A stretch of DNA of 64,000 bases, from sequence record PP410321; one strand, 5' to 3'. This DNA comes from Escherichia phage vB_EcoM_CUA3. A model generated the notes under the pieces. It did no database searches and was not told the origin of the DNA. It saw only the letters and a list, made by a program, of their open reading frames with translations. The translations under genes and the position numbers were made by a program. The stretch's first letter is position 1, and every line of letters starts with the position of its first letter. Of the stretch, positions 19,399-32,777 are shown in pieces.

Positions 19399-20395
19399 CT
19401 CAACAGTAATATATCGTTCTATTGTTACTTCTAAATTTAGAACGGAAAAGATGTACAACTTTTACAGAACAATCGGTGACGGTGAAGACCAGAACACGAT
19501 GTATGTATCTTTCGGGAGAGCCCAACCATGGGCTCCTAACGAAAATGACCCAGGCTTTGCCCCACCGTATCCTGTAGATGATTCTGAGGGCGTAGAGGAC
19601 GTCTGGACAAACATGATGGGTTGTGTTAAGGTTTATAAGAGTATGTTGGATTGTGTTGTTCCTCGCAAAGACTGGGGCGATACCTCTTATCCTAATCCTT
19701 TTACATTCCAGATTGGTGAAATTGTAGTAGCGAATAGCCAGCCACAAAACCGTACTGATGTCGGTGCAGGTTGGATGGTTTATCGTTGTGTGGATGTTCC
19801 TGAATCCGGAGCATGCTCTATTTTATCTCTTGATAATAAAGCCGAGTGTATTAAACTTGGTGGTAAATGGACTGCTAACGTCCCTTCAGTTAAAGCCCCT
19901 GCTGGACAAGGTGATACCGAAGGTATGGTTGATACCGGTGATGGGTATCTTTGGGAATATCTTTATGAGATTCCACCTGATGTGAGTATTAACCGCTGCA
20001 CCAATGAATACATTGTAGTTCCATGGCCGGAAGAAATTGCTGAAGACCCTGAACGTTGGGGATACGAGAATAACCTCACTTGGCAACAAGACGATTATGG
20101 ATTGATTTATCGTATTAAAGCCAATACTATTCGCTTTAAAGCATTCTTAGATTCAGTTTATTTCCCTGAATTTAGTTTGCCAGGGAATAAAGGATTTAGA
20201 CAACTTTCAATAATTTCCAACCCATTGGAAGCTAAAGCCCACCCATCCGACCCGATCATTAAAGCCGAAAAAGAGTACTATGACGTTATAGACCTCTCCC
20301 GCCACTCCGGTGAAATGATTTATATGGAAAACCGTCCTCCGGTTATTCGTTCCATGGACCAAACCGAAGAAATTAACATTATCTTCGAATTCTAA
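19391..20395 (+). CDS. 8: gp8 baseplate wedge subunit
   Basis: Strong match to T4 gp8 as recalled (…VIYRSIVTSKFRTEKMYNFY…NRCTNEYIVVPWPEE…); track start 19388 is TTG, first ATG is 19391. Confidence 0.95.
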   Translation: MINSTVIYRSIVTSKFRTEKMYNFYRTIGDGEDQNTMYVSFGRAQPWAPNENDPGFAPPYPVDDSEGVEDVWTNMMGCVKVYKSMLDCVVPRKDWGDTSYPNPFTFQIGEIVVANSQPQNRTDVGAGWMVYRCVDVPESGACSILSLDNKAECIKLGGKWTANVPSVKAPAGQGDTEGMVDTGDGYLWEYLYEIPPDVSINRCTNEYIVVPWPEEIAEDPERWGYENNLTWQQDDYGLIYRIKANTIRFKAFLDSVYFPEFSLPGNKGFRQLSIISNPLEAKAHPSDPIIKAEKEYYDVIDLSRHSGEMIYMENRPPVIRSMDQTEEINIIFEF

Positions 20396-20416
20396 AAAGG
20401 GCCGCAAGGCCCTTTC
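20396..20416 (+). terminator. stem-loop terminator after gene 8
   Basis: gggcc-gcaa-ggccc hairpin followed by ttt. Confidence 0.5.
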
Positions 20417-20523
20417 GGGGNNNNNNNNNNNNNNNNNNNNNNNNNNNNNNNNNNNNNNNNNNNNNNNNNNNNNNNNNNNNNNNNNNNNNNNNNNNNNNNN
20501 NNNNNNNNNNNNNAGGCATACCT

Positions 20524-21384
20524 ATGATTAAGCAAACTGGTAAATTACTAATTGACGTTGGTGAAATTGGTAATGCTAGCACCGGCGACATCTTATATGA
20601 CGGTGGTGTTAAACTAAACACCGACTTAAACAACATTTATAATACCTTTGGTGACCAACGTAAAACCGCTCTTACAGGCGAAACTACCGGTCAGAAATTA
20701 CATGCCACTGGATACTATCAAAAATTTGGCGATACCGACCAAGCAGGTTCTGTTGACCTTGGGTCTTTGGTTGATATTGATGCTTCTACAGGTTCTATAG
20801 TGTTAACCACGGTAAAAGGAGCTGTAGGTGAAGGTATTGAAATAATTAACTCCAACGGGAGTATTTCAGCTACCAATTATCTTGAAATCCGTATATTAGA
20901 TNCNNNNNNNNNNNNNNNNNNNNNNNNNNNNNNNNNNNNNNNNNNNNNNNNNNNNNNNNNNNNNNNNNNNNNNNNNNNNNNNNNNNNNNNNNNNGTATGG
21001 GATTATTCTATTGAAAGTATGTTTGGTGATAAACGAGTACCGTTAAATAGAACATATAACATNNNNNNNNNNNNNNNNNNNNNNNNNNNNNNNNNTTCAG
21101 GCCAATATTCTTTGGTCAAGCTTTTAGTTACGGCAGTAAATGCTAATGAAACCATTTATAAAGCTTCTGAATATCTTTTGTTTATGGATAACCAAGCTAA
21201 AAAAATATATTCTACGGAATACGCTGTTATNNNNNNNNNNNNNNNNNNNNNNNNNNNNNNNNNNNNNNNNNNNGATTTTAAATTTGATACATCTAACTAT
21301 ANNNNNNNNNNNNNNNNNNNNNNNNNNNCTATGAGATTNGCAATTAAAGTCGTAGATACCCAAACTATTGGAGTTCCAGTATAA
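20524..21384 (+). CDS. 9: gp9 baseplate wedge / long tail fibre attachment protein
   Basis: 286 aa (T4 gp9 288); synteny; N runs inside. Confidence 0.85.
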   Translation: MIKQTGKLLIDVGEIGNASTGDILYDGGVKLNTDLNNIYNTFGDQRKTALTGETTGQKLHATGYYQKFGDTDQAGSVDLGSLVDIDASTGSIVLTTVKGAVGEGIEIINSNGSISATNYLEIRILDXXXXXXXXXXXXXXXXXXXXXXXXXXXXXXXVWDYSIESMFGDKRVPLNRTYNXXXXXXXXXXXXSGQYSLVKLLVTAVNANETIYKASEYLLFMDNQAKKIYSTEYAVXXXXXXXXXXXXXXXDFKFDTSNYXXXXXXXXXXMRXAIKVVDTQTIGVPV

Positions 21385-23195
21385 TGAAACAAGAATTAAA
21401 AATAGGCCCCGCCGTTGATGATGGCTCCGGAGATTACCTGCGTGCAGGTGGTCTAAAAATCAATAATAACTTTAANGAGNNNNNNNNNNNNNNNNNNNNN
21501 NNNNNNNNNNNNNNNNNNNNNNNNNNNNNNNNNNNNNNNNNNNNNNNNNNNNNNNNNNNNNNNNNNNNNNNNNNNNNNNNNNNNNNNNNNNNNNNNNNNN
21601 NNNNNNNNNNNATTAACGTTCAGCTTCCTAAAGGCACCCCTTCAGAATATAACTTTGTAATTCGTTTGCGTGACGTTTATTCTTCTTGGCAAGCAAACCC
21701 TGTAACNNNNNNNNNNNNNNNNNNNNNNNNNNNNNNNNNNNNNNNNNNNNNNNNNNNNNNNNNNNNNNNNNNNNNNGACCTTGAACTTGTTTACTGTGCA
21801 CCGGGTCGCTGGGAATATGTCGAGAACAAACAAGTTAACCGTATTCCNAATAACGACCTAGCTACTGTAGCAACCAAACAGTTTATTGCTACNGAAGGCC
21901 AAACTGANNNNNNNNNNNNNNNNNNNNNNNNNNNNNNNNNNNNNNNNNNNNNNNNNNNNNNNNNNNNNNNNNNNNNNNNNNNNNNNNNNNNNNNNNNNNN
22001 NNNNNNNNNNNNNNNNNNNNNNNNNNNNNNNNNNNNNNNNNNNNNNNNNNNNNNNNNNNNNNNNNNNNNNNNNNNNNNNNNNNNNNNNNNNNNNNNNNNN
22101 NNNNNNNNNNNNNNNNNNNNNNNNNNNNNNNNNNNNNNNNNNNNNNNNNNNNNNNNNNNNNNNNNNNNNNNNNNNNNNNNNNNNNNNNNNNNNNNNNNNN
22201 NNNNNNNNNNNNNNNNNNNNNNNNNNNNNNNNNNNNNNNNNNNNNNNNNNNNNNNNNNNNNNNNNNNNNNNNNNNNNNNNNNNNNNNNNNNNNNNNNNNN
22301 NNNNNNNNNNNNNNNNNNNNNNNNNNNNNNNNNNNNNNNNNNNNNNNNNNNNNNNNNNNNNNNNNNNNNNNNNNNNNNNNNNNNNNNNNNNNNNNNNNNN
22401 NNNNNNNNNNNNNNNNNNNNNNNNNNNNNNNNNNNNNNNNNNNNNNNNNNNNNNNNNNNNNNNNNNNNNNNNNNNNNNNNNNNNNNNNNNNNNNNNNNNN
22501 NNNNNNNNNNNNNNNNNNNNNNNNNNNNNNNNNNNNNNNNNNNNNNNNNNNNNNNNNNNNNNNNNNNNNNNNNNNNNNNNNNNNNNNNNNNNNNNNNNNN
22601 NNNNNNNNNNNNNNNNNNNNNNNNNNNNNNNNNNNNNNNNGGCCAGGTTCGTATTACTGATGTGGATAATCCNNNNNNNNNNNNNNNNNNNNNNNNNNNN
22701 NNNNNNNNNNNNNNNNNNNNNNNNNNNNNNNNNNNNNNNNNNNNNNNNNNNNNNNNNNNNNNNNNNNNNGAGAACACAGTGAACCCTAATAACCCTGCAA
22801 CTTATATGGGNNNNNNNNNNNNNNNNNNNNNNNNNNNNNNNNNNNNNNNNNNNNNNNNNNNNNNNNNNNNNNNNNNNNNNNNNNNNNNNNNNNNNNNNNN
22901 NNNNNNNNNNNNNNNNNNNNNNNNNNNNNNNNNNNNNNNNNNNNNNNNNNNNNNNNNNNNNNNNNNNNNNNNNNNNNNNNNNNNNNNNNNNNNNNNNNNN
23001 NNNNNNNNNNNTGATGATAACNNNGGCCCTATTGTTATCGGTGGATGTTTGGTAGACCCGGATGCGCAAGGTCCTGCTTATACCAAATATCGTGAAGATA
23101 AAGCNNNNNNNNNNNNNNNNNNNNNNNNNNNNNNNNNNNNNNNNNNNNNNNNNNNNNNNNNNNNAACCGTTTATCGCTGGGTGAGGATTGCGTAA
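21384..23195 (+). CDS. 10: gp10 baseplate wedge subunit and tail pin
   Basis: 603 codons, matching T4 gp10 length; about 60 percent of the gene is N-masked. Confidence 0.7.
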   Translation: MKQELKIGPAVDDGSGDYLRAGGLKINNNFXEXXXXXXXXXXXXXXXXXXXXXXXXXXXXXXXXXXXXXXXXXXXXINVQLPKGTPSEYNFVIRLRDVYSSWQANPVXXXXXXXXXXXXXXXXXXXXXXXXDLELVYCAPGRWEYVENKQVNRIXNNDLATVATKQFIAXEGQTXXXXXXXXXXXXXXXXXXXXXXXXXXXXXXXXXXXXXXXXXXXXXXXXXXXXXXXXXXXXXXXXXXXXXXXXXXXXXXXXXXXXXXXXXXXXXXXXXXXXXXXXXXXXXXXXXXXXXXXXXXXXXXXXXXXXXXXXXXXXXXXXXXXXXXXXXXXXXXXXXXXXXXXXXXXXXXXXXXXXXXXXXXXXXXXXXXXXXXXXXXXXXXXXXXXXXXXXXXXXXXXXXXXXXXXXXXXXXXXXXXXXXGQVRITDVDNXXXXXXXXXXXXXXXXXXXXXXXXXXXXXXXXXENTVNPNNPATYMXXXXXXXXXXXXXXXXXXXXXXXXXXXXXXXXXXXXXXXXXXXXXXXXXXXXXXXXXXXXXXXXXXXXDDNXGPIVIGGCLVDPDAQGPAYTKYREDKXXXXXXXXXXXXXXXXXXXXXTVYRWVRIA

Positions 23196-23860
23196 TGACT
23201 TTAACAGAAATGAAAAGCGGGTTAAAATCCCGCNTNGCCGACTNNNNNNNNNNNNNNNNNNNNNNNNNNNNNNNNNNNNNNNNNNNNNNNNNNNNNNNNN
23301 NNNNNNNNNNNNNNGCAAACCAAACCCAAAAAGGTGTTTATTATCCTACAGTCCAAAGTGCTATTGATGATATTGCNNNNNNNNNNNNNNNNNNNNNNNN
23401 NNNNNNNNNNNNNNNNNNNGAAAACAGAGCACCGGGCTTTATTCAACAATCAGATNNNNNNNNNNNNNNNNNNNNNNNNNNNNNNNNNNNNNNNNNNNNN
23501 NNNNNNNNNNNNNNNNNNNNNNNNNNNNNNNNNNNNNNNNNNNNNNNNNNNNNNNNNNNNNNNNNNNNNNNNNNNNNNNNNNNNNNNNNNNNNNNNNNNN
23601 NNATTGCCAATAGTTATATTTTAGCAGAAACCTCTATTGACNNNNNNNNNNNNNNNNNNNNNNNNNNNNNNNNNNNNNNNNNNNNNNNNNNNNNNNNNNN
23701 NNNNNNNNNNNNNNNNNNNNNNNNNNNNNNNNNNNNNNNNNNNNNNNNNNNNNNNNNNNNNNNNNNNNNNNNNNNNNNNNNNNNNNNNNNNNNNNNNNNN
23801 NNNNNNNNNNNNNNNNNNNNNNNNNNNNNNNCTTTATATCACTATAAGCGAGTAAGTTAA
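23195..23860 (+). CDS. 11: gp11 baseplate wedge subunit and tail pin
   Basis: 221 codons (T4 gp11 219); heavily masked; stop/start overlaps with genes 10 and 12. Confidence 0.7.
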   Translation: MTLTEMKSGLKSRXADXXXXXXXXXXXXXXXXXXXXXXXXANQTQKGVYYPTVQSAIDDIXXXXXXXXXXXXXXXENRAPGFIQQSDXXXXXXXXXXXXXXXXXXXXXXXXXXXXXXXXXXXXXXXXXXXXXXXXXIANSYILAETSIDXXXXXXXXXXXXXXXXXXXXXXXXXXXXXXXXXXXXXXXXXXXXXXXXXXXXXXXXXXXXXXXXLYHYKRVS

Positions 23861-25245
23861 TGTCTACAAATACACTAAAACATATAAGTGATAAATCAGA
23901 ATTTAAAACATTCGACCCTACTGGGTCGAATTTNNNNNNNNNNNNNNNNNNNNNNNNNNNNNNNNNNNNNNNNNNNNNNNNNNNNNNNNNNNNNNNNNNN
24001 NNNNNNNNNNNNNNNNNNNNNNNNNNNNNNNNNNNNNNNNNNNNNNNNNNNNNNNNNNNNNNNNNNNNNNNNNNNNNNNNNNNTGCTGTGACCCCGGCTA
24101 CTTTAAAAGGCCGCTTGGACATTCCTACTCAAGCAACTGAAACCTATGTAGGTATCACCCGTTATGCTACTAATGACGAGGCCATCGCTGGGACAGAGAC
24201 CCAGGCGGCAATCGTAGCATCATCTTTGAAGGCNNNNNNNNNNNNNNNNNNNNNNNNNNNNNNNNNNNNNNNNNNNNNNNNNNNNNNNNNNNNNNNNNNN
24301 NNNNNNNNNNNNNNNNNNNNNNNNNNNNNNNNNNNNNNNNNNNNNNNNNNNNNNNNNNNNNNNNNNNNNNNNNNNNNNNNNNNNNNNNNNNNNNNNNNNN
24401 NNNNNNNNNNNNNNNNNNNNNNNNNNNNNNNNNNNNNNNNNNNNNNNNNNNNNNNNNNNNNNNNNNNNNNNNNNNNNNNNNNNNNNNNNNNNNNNNNNNN
24501 NNNNNNNNNNNNNNNNNNNNNNNNNNNNNNNNNNNNNNNNNNNNNNNNNNNNNNNNNNNNNNNNNNNNNNNNNNNNNNNNNNNNNNNNNNNNNNNNNNNN
24601 NNNNNNNNNNNNNNNNNNNNNNNNNNNNNNNNNNNNNNNNNNNNNNNNNNNNNNNNNNNNNNNNNNNNNNNNNNNNNNNNNNNNNNNNNNNNNNNNNNNN
24701 NNNNNNNNNNNNNNNNNNNNNNNNNNNNNNNNNNNNNNNNNNNNNNNACTTTAAACGTTAACGGTACTTTACGTCGTAATNNNNNNNNNNNNNNNNNNNN
24801 NNNNNNNNNNNNNNNNNNNNNNNNNNNNNNNNNNNNNNNNNNNNNNNNNNNNNNNNNNNNNNNNNNNNNNNNNNNNNNNNNNNNNNNNNNNNNNNNNNNN
24901 NNNNNNNNNNNNNNNNNNNNNNNNNNNNNNNNNNNNNNNNNNNNNNNNNNNNNNNNNNNNNNNNNNNNNNNNNNNNNNNNNNNNNNNNNNNNNNNNNNNN
25001 NNNNNNNNNNNNNNNNNNNNNNNNNNNNNNNNNNNNNNNNNNNNNNNNNNNNNNNNNNNNNNNNNNNNNNNNNNNNNNNNNNNNNNNNNNNNNNNNNNNN
25101 NNNNNNNNNNNNNNNNNNNNNNNNNNNNNNNCGTTTCCATAAACATGCCGGTGGTTTTGGTGAACATGATAACGCAGGTGCTTTTGGTAACACNNCTAAC
25201 NNNNNNNNNNNNGGTACTCGTAAAGGACTAGACTGGGATAACCGT
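23860..25245 (+). CDS. 12: gp12 short tail fibre, N-terminal and middle parts visible (3' end unresolved)
   Basis: MSTNTLKHISDKSEFKTFDPTGSN and AVTPATLKGRLDIPTQATETYVGITRYATNDEAIAG match the T4 gp12 N-terminus as recalled; the end lies in masked sequence. Confidence 0.8.
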
Positions 25246-26349
25246 NNNNNNNNNNNNNNNNNNNNNNNNNNNNNNNNNNNNNNNNNNNNNNNNNNNNNNN
25301 NNNNNNNNNNNNNNNNNNNNNNNNNNNNNNNNNNNNNNNNNNNNNNNNNNNNNNNNNNNNNNNNNNNNNNNNNNNNNNNNNNNNNNNNNNNNNNNNNNNN
25401 NNNNNNNNNNNNNNNNNNNNNNNNNNNNNNNNNNNNNNNNNNNNNNNNNNNNNNNNNNNNNNNNNNNNNNNNNNNNNNNNNNNNNNNNNNNNNNNNNNNN
25501 NNNNNNNNNNNNNNNNNNNNNNNNNNNNNNNNNNNNNNNNNNNNNNNNNNNNNNNNNNNNNNNNNNNNNNNNNNNNNNNNNNNNNNNNNNNNNNNNNNNN
25601 NNNNNNNNNNNNNNNNNNNNNNNNNNNNNNNNNNNNNNNNNNNNNNNNNNNNNNNNNNNNNNNNNNNNNNNNNNNNNNNNNNNNNNNNNNNNNNNNNNNN
25701 NNNNNNNNNNNNNNNNNNNNNNNNNNNNNNNNNNNNNNNNNNNNNNNNNNNNNNNNNNNNNNNNNNNNNNNNNNNNNNNNNNNNNNNNNNNNNNNNNNNN
25801 NNNNNNNNNNNNNNNNNNNNNNNNNNNNNNNNNNNNNNNNNNNNNNNNNNNNNNNNNNNNNNNNNNNNNNNNNNNNNNNNNNNNNNNNNNNNNNNNNNNN
25901 NNNNNNNNNNNNNNNNNNNNNNNNNNNNNNNNNNNNNNNNNNNNNNNNNNNNNNNNNNNNNNNNNNNNNNNNNNNNNNNNNNNNNNNNNNNNNNNNNNNN
26001 NNNNNNNNNNNNNNNNNNNNNNNNNNNNNNNNNNNNNNNNNNNNNNNNNNNNNNNNNNNNNNNNNNNNNNGGTCCACATATTGATACGGTAGGTAAACAA
26101 CCGGCNTANNNNNNNNNNNNNNNNNNNNNNNNNNNNNNNNNNNNNNNNNNNNNNNNNNNNNNNNNNNNNNNNNNNNNNNNNNNNNNNNNNNNNNNNNNNN
26201 NNNNNNNNNNNNNNNNNNNNNNNNNNNNNNNNNNNNNNNNNNNNNNNNNNNNNNNNNNNNNNNNNNNNNNNNNNNNNNNNNNNNNNNNNNNNNNNNNNNN
26301 NNNNNNNNNNNNNNNNNNNNNNNNNNNNNNNNNNNNNNNNNNNNNNNNN

Positions 26350-27795
26350 CGTACTGATGTTAATGAGTTAAAAACCATAGTTGGTGCTAGTTCANNNNNN
26401 NNNNNNNNNNNNNNNNNNNNNNNNNNNNNNNNNNNNNNNNNNNNNNNNNNNNNNNNNNNNNNNNNNNNNNNNNNNNNNNNNNNNNNNNNNNNNNNNNNNN
26501 NNNNNNNNNNNNNNNNNNNNNNNNNNNNNNNNNNNNNNNNNNNNNNNNNNNNNNNNNNNNNNNNNNNNNNNNNNNNNNNNNNNNNNNNNNNNNNNNNNNN
26601 NNNNNNNNNNNNNNNNNNNNNNNNNNNNNNNNNNNNNNNNNNNNNNNNNNNNNNNNNNNNNNNNNNNNNNNNNNNNNNNNNNNNNNNNNNNNNNNNNNNN
26701 NNNNNNNNNNNNNNNNNNNNNNNNNNNNNNNNNNNNNNNNNNNNNNNNNNNNNNNNNNNNNNNNNNNNNNNNNNNNNNNNNNNNNNNNNNNNNNNNNNNN
26801 NNNNNNNNNNNNNNNNNNNNNNNNNNNNNNNNNNNNNNNNNNNNNNNNNNNNNNNNNNNNNNNNNNNNNNNNNNNNNNNNNNNNNNNNNNNNNNNNNNNN
26901 NNNNNNNNNNNNNNNNNNNNNNNNNNNNNNNNNNNNNNNNNNNNNNNNNNNNNNNNNNNNNNNNNNNNNNNNNNNNNNNNNNNNNNNNNNNNNNNNNNNN
27001 NNNNNNNNNNNNNNNNNNNNNNNNNNNNNNNNNNNNNNNNNNNNNNNNNNNNNNNNNNNNNNNNNNNNNNNNNNNNNNNNNNNNNNNNNNCCTATTAAAG
27101 CCGATATAACCAAGAATAAAGGTGATATCGTTACTTTAACTGGACGAGTAGCAGCTAATGAAGGCGAAATTACTGATATTAAANTNGATACCGCNAAAAT
27201 AGCTCCTTTAACAACTNNNNNNNNNNNNNNNNNNNNNNNNNNNNNNNNNNNNNNNNNNNNNNNNNNNNNTGTTAAAGTCGAATCCGATAAAGTAGAAGGA
27301 ATTGATACTCGNNNNNNNNNNNNNNNNNNNNNNNNNNNNNNNNNNNNNNNNNNNNNNNNNNNNNNNNNNNNNNNNNNNNNNNNNNNNNNNNNNNNNNNNN
27401 NNNNNNNNNNNNNNNNNNNNNNNNNNNNNNNNNNNNNNNNNNNNNNNNNNNNNNNNNNNNNNNNNNNTGAAGGTAAAGTTAGTACTCTTGAAACGGGCTT
27501 AGCCGCCGTTAAAGTTGAATCGGATAAAGTNGNAGGAATNAATACCCGTTTAGGTACGGTCGAAGGTAAAGTTGGTACTCTTGAAACAGGTTTGGCTGCA
27601 GTTAAAGTTGAATCTGATAAAGTGGCAGGATTAACTACTCGCTTATCTGCGGCTGAAGCTAAAATCACTGCCTTAGAAACAGAATTAGCTAAACGTCCAC
27701 CGGTGGCTCCTGCTGCAGACGGACTTCCGTATGTTCTGGTTGATAACGCATGGGTATTATTGTCTGATTTTGTGACTTTAAATCCAGCACCATAA
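26350..27795 (+). CDS. wac: wac fibritin (whisker), C-terminal part with foldon-like end (5' end unresolved)
   Basis: Coiled-coil repeats ending in ...DGLPYVLVDNAWVLLSDFV, resembling the T4 fibritin foldon (…GEWVLLSTFL); followed by terminator and the gene 13 late promoter. Confidence 0.75.
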   Translation, partial: RTDVNELKTIVGASSXXXXXXXXXXXXXXXXXXXXXXXXXXXXXXXXXXXXXXXXXXXXXXXXXXXXXXXXXXXXXXXXXXXXXXXXXXXXXXXXXXXXXXXXXXXXXXXXXXXXXXXXXXXXXXXXXXXXXXXXXXXXXXXXXXXXXXXXXXXXXXXXXXXXXXXXXXXXXXXXXXXXXXXXXXXXXXXXXXXXXXXXXXXXXXXXXXXXXXXXXXXXXXXXXXXXXXXXXXXXXXXXXXXXXXXXPIKADITKNKGDIVTLTGRVAANEGEITDIKXDTXKIAPLTTXXXXXXXXXXXXXXXXXXVKVESDKVEGIDTXXXXXXXXXXXXXXXXXXXXXXXXXXXXXXXXXXXXXXXXXXXXXXXXXXXXXEGKVSTLETGLAAVKVESDKXXGXNTRLGTVEGKVGTLETGLAAVKVESDKVAGLTTRLSAAEAKITALETELAKRPPVAPAADGLPYVLVDNAWVLLSDFVTLNPAP

Positions 27796-27796
27796 T

Positions 27797-27818
27797 AAAA
27801 GGGCTTCGGCCCTTTTTT
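27797..27818 (+). terminator. intrinsic terminator after wac
   Basis: aaaa-gggc-ttcg-gccc-tttttt hairpin plus T run. Confidence 0.65.
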
Positions 27819-27820
27819 GC

Positions 27821-27828
27821 TATAAATA
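27821..27828 (+). promoter_or_regulatory. late promoter TATAAATA for gene 13
   Basis: Exact TATAAATA 22 nt upstream of the gp13 ATG. Confidence 0.7.
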
Positions 27829-27849
27829 CGGTTATTAGAGGAATAAAAC

Positions 27850-28785
27850 ATGGCAAGTGAATCATTTAACCCTAAGCAACTCAAGGACGCTATTCTGCGC
27901 CGCCTGGGTGCACCGATTACAAATATTGAAGTAACTACAGACCAAGTATACGATTGCATCCAGCGCGCTCTAGAGCTCTACGGTGAATACCATTATAACG
28001 GATATAACAAAGGCTACCAGGCTTTTTATATCGGCCATGACGATGAAGAAAAATTCCGTAATGGTGTATTTGACCTTAAAGGACGTAATATATTTGCAGT
28101 AACACAAATTTTGAGAACTAATGTTGGTTCGTTAACATCTATGGACGGGCAAGCAACCTATCCGTGGTTTACTGATTTTGTATTAGGTTTAGCTGGGATT
28201 AATGGCGGCCTTGGGTCTTCATGTAATAGTTTTGGGCCTAATGCCTTCGGTGCCGACCTTGGTTATTTTACCCAGCTAATGCAATACCGTTCTATGATGC
28301 AAGACCTTTTAGTTCCACTCCCGGATTATTGGTATAATGATGCCACAGAACAATTGAAGGTAATGGGTAACTTCGTTAAAGGCGATTTTATTGTAATTGA
28401 AGTTTATACTCGCTCTTTTAATGGGGTAGATTCTATGGTTGGAAATACCGTAGGCTATGGTTATGCTTCNNNNGGCNGTGGTGAAAATGAATGGAGTCCT
28501 GGTGCTATTTGGGATAACCCAGCTCGTCGTATTTCCGGTATGCGTGTAGGCGAGGACCTTGGCCTTCAAGACGGTGCATATAATAACCGTTGGGTTAAAG
28601 ATTATGCCACTGCATTGGTTAAAGAAGTCAATGGCAATATTCTAGCCAAACACCAAGGCATGCAACTTGCAGGTGGAACCACTGTAGATGGTATTCGATT
28701 GATTGAAGAAGCTCGTTTAGAAAAAGAACGTCTTCGTGAAGAATTAGATTTGCTCGACCCACCAACACCTATTTTAATTGGATAA
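27850..28785 (+). CDS. 13: gp13 neck protein
   Basis: 311 aa; strong match to T4 gp13 as recalled (…[37 protein letters not shown]…). Confidence 0.95.
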   Translation: MASESFNPKQLKDAILRRLGAPITNIEVTTDQVYDCIQRALELYGEYHYNGYNKGYQAFYIGHDDEEKFRNGVFDLKGRNIFAVTQILRTNVGSLTSMDGQATYPWFTDFVLGLAGINGGLGSSCNSFGPNAFGADLGYFTQLMQYRSMMQDLLVPLPDYWYNDATEQLKVMGNFVKGDFIVIEVYTRSFNGVDSMVGNTVGYGYAXXGXGENEWSPGAIWDNPARRISGMRVGEDLGLQDGAYNNRWVKDYATALVKEVNGNILAKHQGMQLAGGTTVDGIRLIEEARLEKERLREELDLLDPPTPILIG

Positions 28786-28787
28786 TT

Positions 28788-29561
28788 ATGGCTACTTTCG
28801 ATTCGAGTTTATTCGCTAAGCTAGAAGATAATACTGGCTATGCTAATACGAACGAAACTGAAATAATGAACCCATTCGTCAACTTTTATCGCCATGAGAA
28901 TACCCAAACATTGGCTGATGCTTTAGTTGCTGAGTCTATTCAAATGCGTGGTATCGAGCTTTATTATATACCACGTGAATATGTTAAACCAGACCAACTA
29001 TTTGGCGAAGACCTTCAGAACAAATTTACTAAAGCCTGGAAGTTTGCAGGTTATTTGGATTCCTTTGAAGGTTATTCCGGTGACAATACTTATTTCAGTA
29101 AGTTCGGTATGATGGTTAATGATGAAGTAACAATCACAATTAACCCTAACCTTTTTAAACATCAATGTAATGGTACTGAACCTGTTTCAGGTGACTTGAT
29201 TTATTTCCCTATGGACAACAGTCTATTTGAAATTAATTGGGTTCAACCTTACGACCCGTTCTATCAAGTTGGTACAAACGTCCAGCGTCGTATTACTGCT
29301 ACCAAGTTCATTTATAACGGTGAAGAACTTCGTCCTGAATTACAGAGAAATGAAGGCATTAATATTCCTGAATTCAGTGAGCTTGATTTAATGCCTGTTA
29401 AAAATATCGACGGGTTGGCTGATATCTCTGATATCCAATATGAAGAGGTTAATGAGATTAATGCTGAAGCAGAGGAATTCGTACATCCTTATGTGGTGAT
29501 TAATGGTAGAGGAGAAGATGCTCCTCCTACAGCATTTGATGATGCTTTTTTAGATGATTAA
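28788..29561 (+). CDS. 14: gp14 neck protein
   Basis: 257 aa (T4 gp14 256); synteny. Confidence 0.9.
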   Translation: MATFDSSLFAKLEDNTGYANTNETEIMNPFVNFYRHENTQTLADALVAESIQMRGIELYYIPREYVKPDQLFGEDLQNKFTKAWKFAGYLDSFEGYSGDNTYFSKFGMMVNDEVTITINPNLFKHQCNGTEPVSGDLIYFPMDNSLFEINWVQPYDPFYQVGTNVQRRITATKFIYNGEELRPELQRNEGINIPEFSELDLMPVKNIDGLADISDIQYEEVNEINAEAEEFVHPYVVINGRGEDAPPTAFDDAFLDD

Positions 29562-29568
29562 ATAATAC

Positions 29569-29590
29569 ATGGCGCATAGTGCGCCATTTT
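29569..29590 (+). terminator. stem-loop terminator after gene 14
   Basis: atggcgc-atagt-gcgccat hairpin followed by ttt. Confidence 0.5.
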
Positions 29591-29600
29591 AGGAGGTTTG

Positions 29601-30463
29601 ATGTTTGGACATTGGTATAATAGTTCGCTACGTCGCTATATTGTTTTGATGGGTGATTTATTTTCCCATGTTCAAGTAGCACGTCAAAGAGAAGATACAG
29701 GGCTTAAATTTATTAAGGTTCCTATTACGTATGCTTCTAAAGAAAGATTTATGGCTAATTTAGGTAAGTGGACAGCAGTACAGAATATCCCAAATCCTAA
29801 TATGTCCCCAAAAGAAAGGGCTGAACAAAAAGCTAAAGTGGAAACTGTTCTTCCACGTATGAACCTTCAAATGGTTGACATGCTTTATAACTCACAATAC
29901 AAAACGGCTCTTCAAAATAGAACACAAATTCAATTTGAGAATGGAGACCCTCGGAAAAGAGTCAGCCAATATTCTCCTACTCCAGTAAAAATGATTTTTG
30001 AACTGGGTATTTACACTAGAACTCAAGATGATATGTTCCAGATTGTGGAACAAATTATGCCGTATTTCCAACCTCACTTTAATACAACAATTACCGAACT
30101 CTATACAAACGAAATTAAATTTGACCGTGATATTCGTATTGTGTTCCAATCTATAGCAATGGACGAACAATTAGAAGGTGATACCACTTCACGTCGTCGC
30201 TTAGAATGGTCTATGATGTTTGAGGTTAACGGATGGTTATATCCTCCTGTTAAAGAAATGGAAGGCGAAATCAAAACCATTTATCTTGATTTCTTTGCCA
30301 ACTCTAAAGAACTCGCTCCTGAAGGTAATTTTGAATCGGTTGATAGCGAAGTAGTTCCTAGAGGTGTAGAAGAAAAAGAATGGGATGGTAAGTCCATTCA
30401 AACGTATTCACAAGATATTCCGGTGCCTGTTGAACCAGAACCTCCAGCACCAAGGAGAAACCC

Positions 30464-30467
<4 letters not shown>
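29601..30467 (+). CDS. 15: gp15 tail sheath stabiliser / tail terminator
   Basis: Match to T4 gp15 (MFG..YNSS.RRY…[17 protein letters not shown]…); track start 29598 is TTG, ATG at 29601 follows AGGAGG. Confidence 0.95.

Positions 30468-32777
<2,310 letters not shown>

Noticed and set aside
21791-23318. Minus-strand ORFs 21791..22777 and 21858..23318 and plus ORF 21886..22782 inside gene 10
   Set aside because: All are almost entirely N; artefacts of masking within gp10.
23860-27795. Single 1311-aa ORF and the 1265-aa antisense ORF 24162..27959
   Set aside because: N runs contain no stop codons, so gp12 and wac are fused artificially; the antisense ORF is a shadow of the same masked region.
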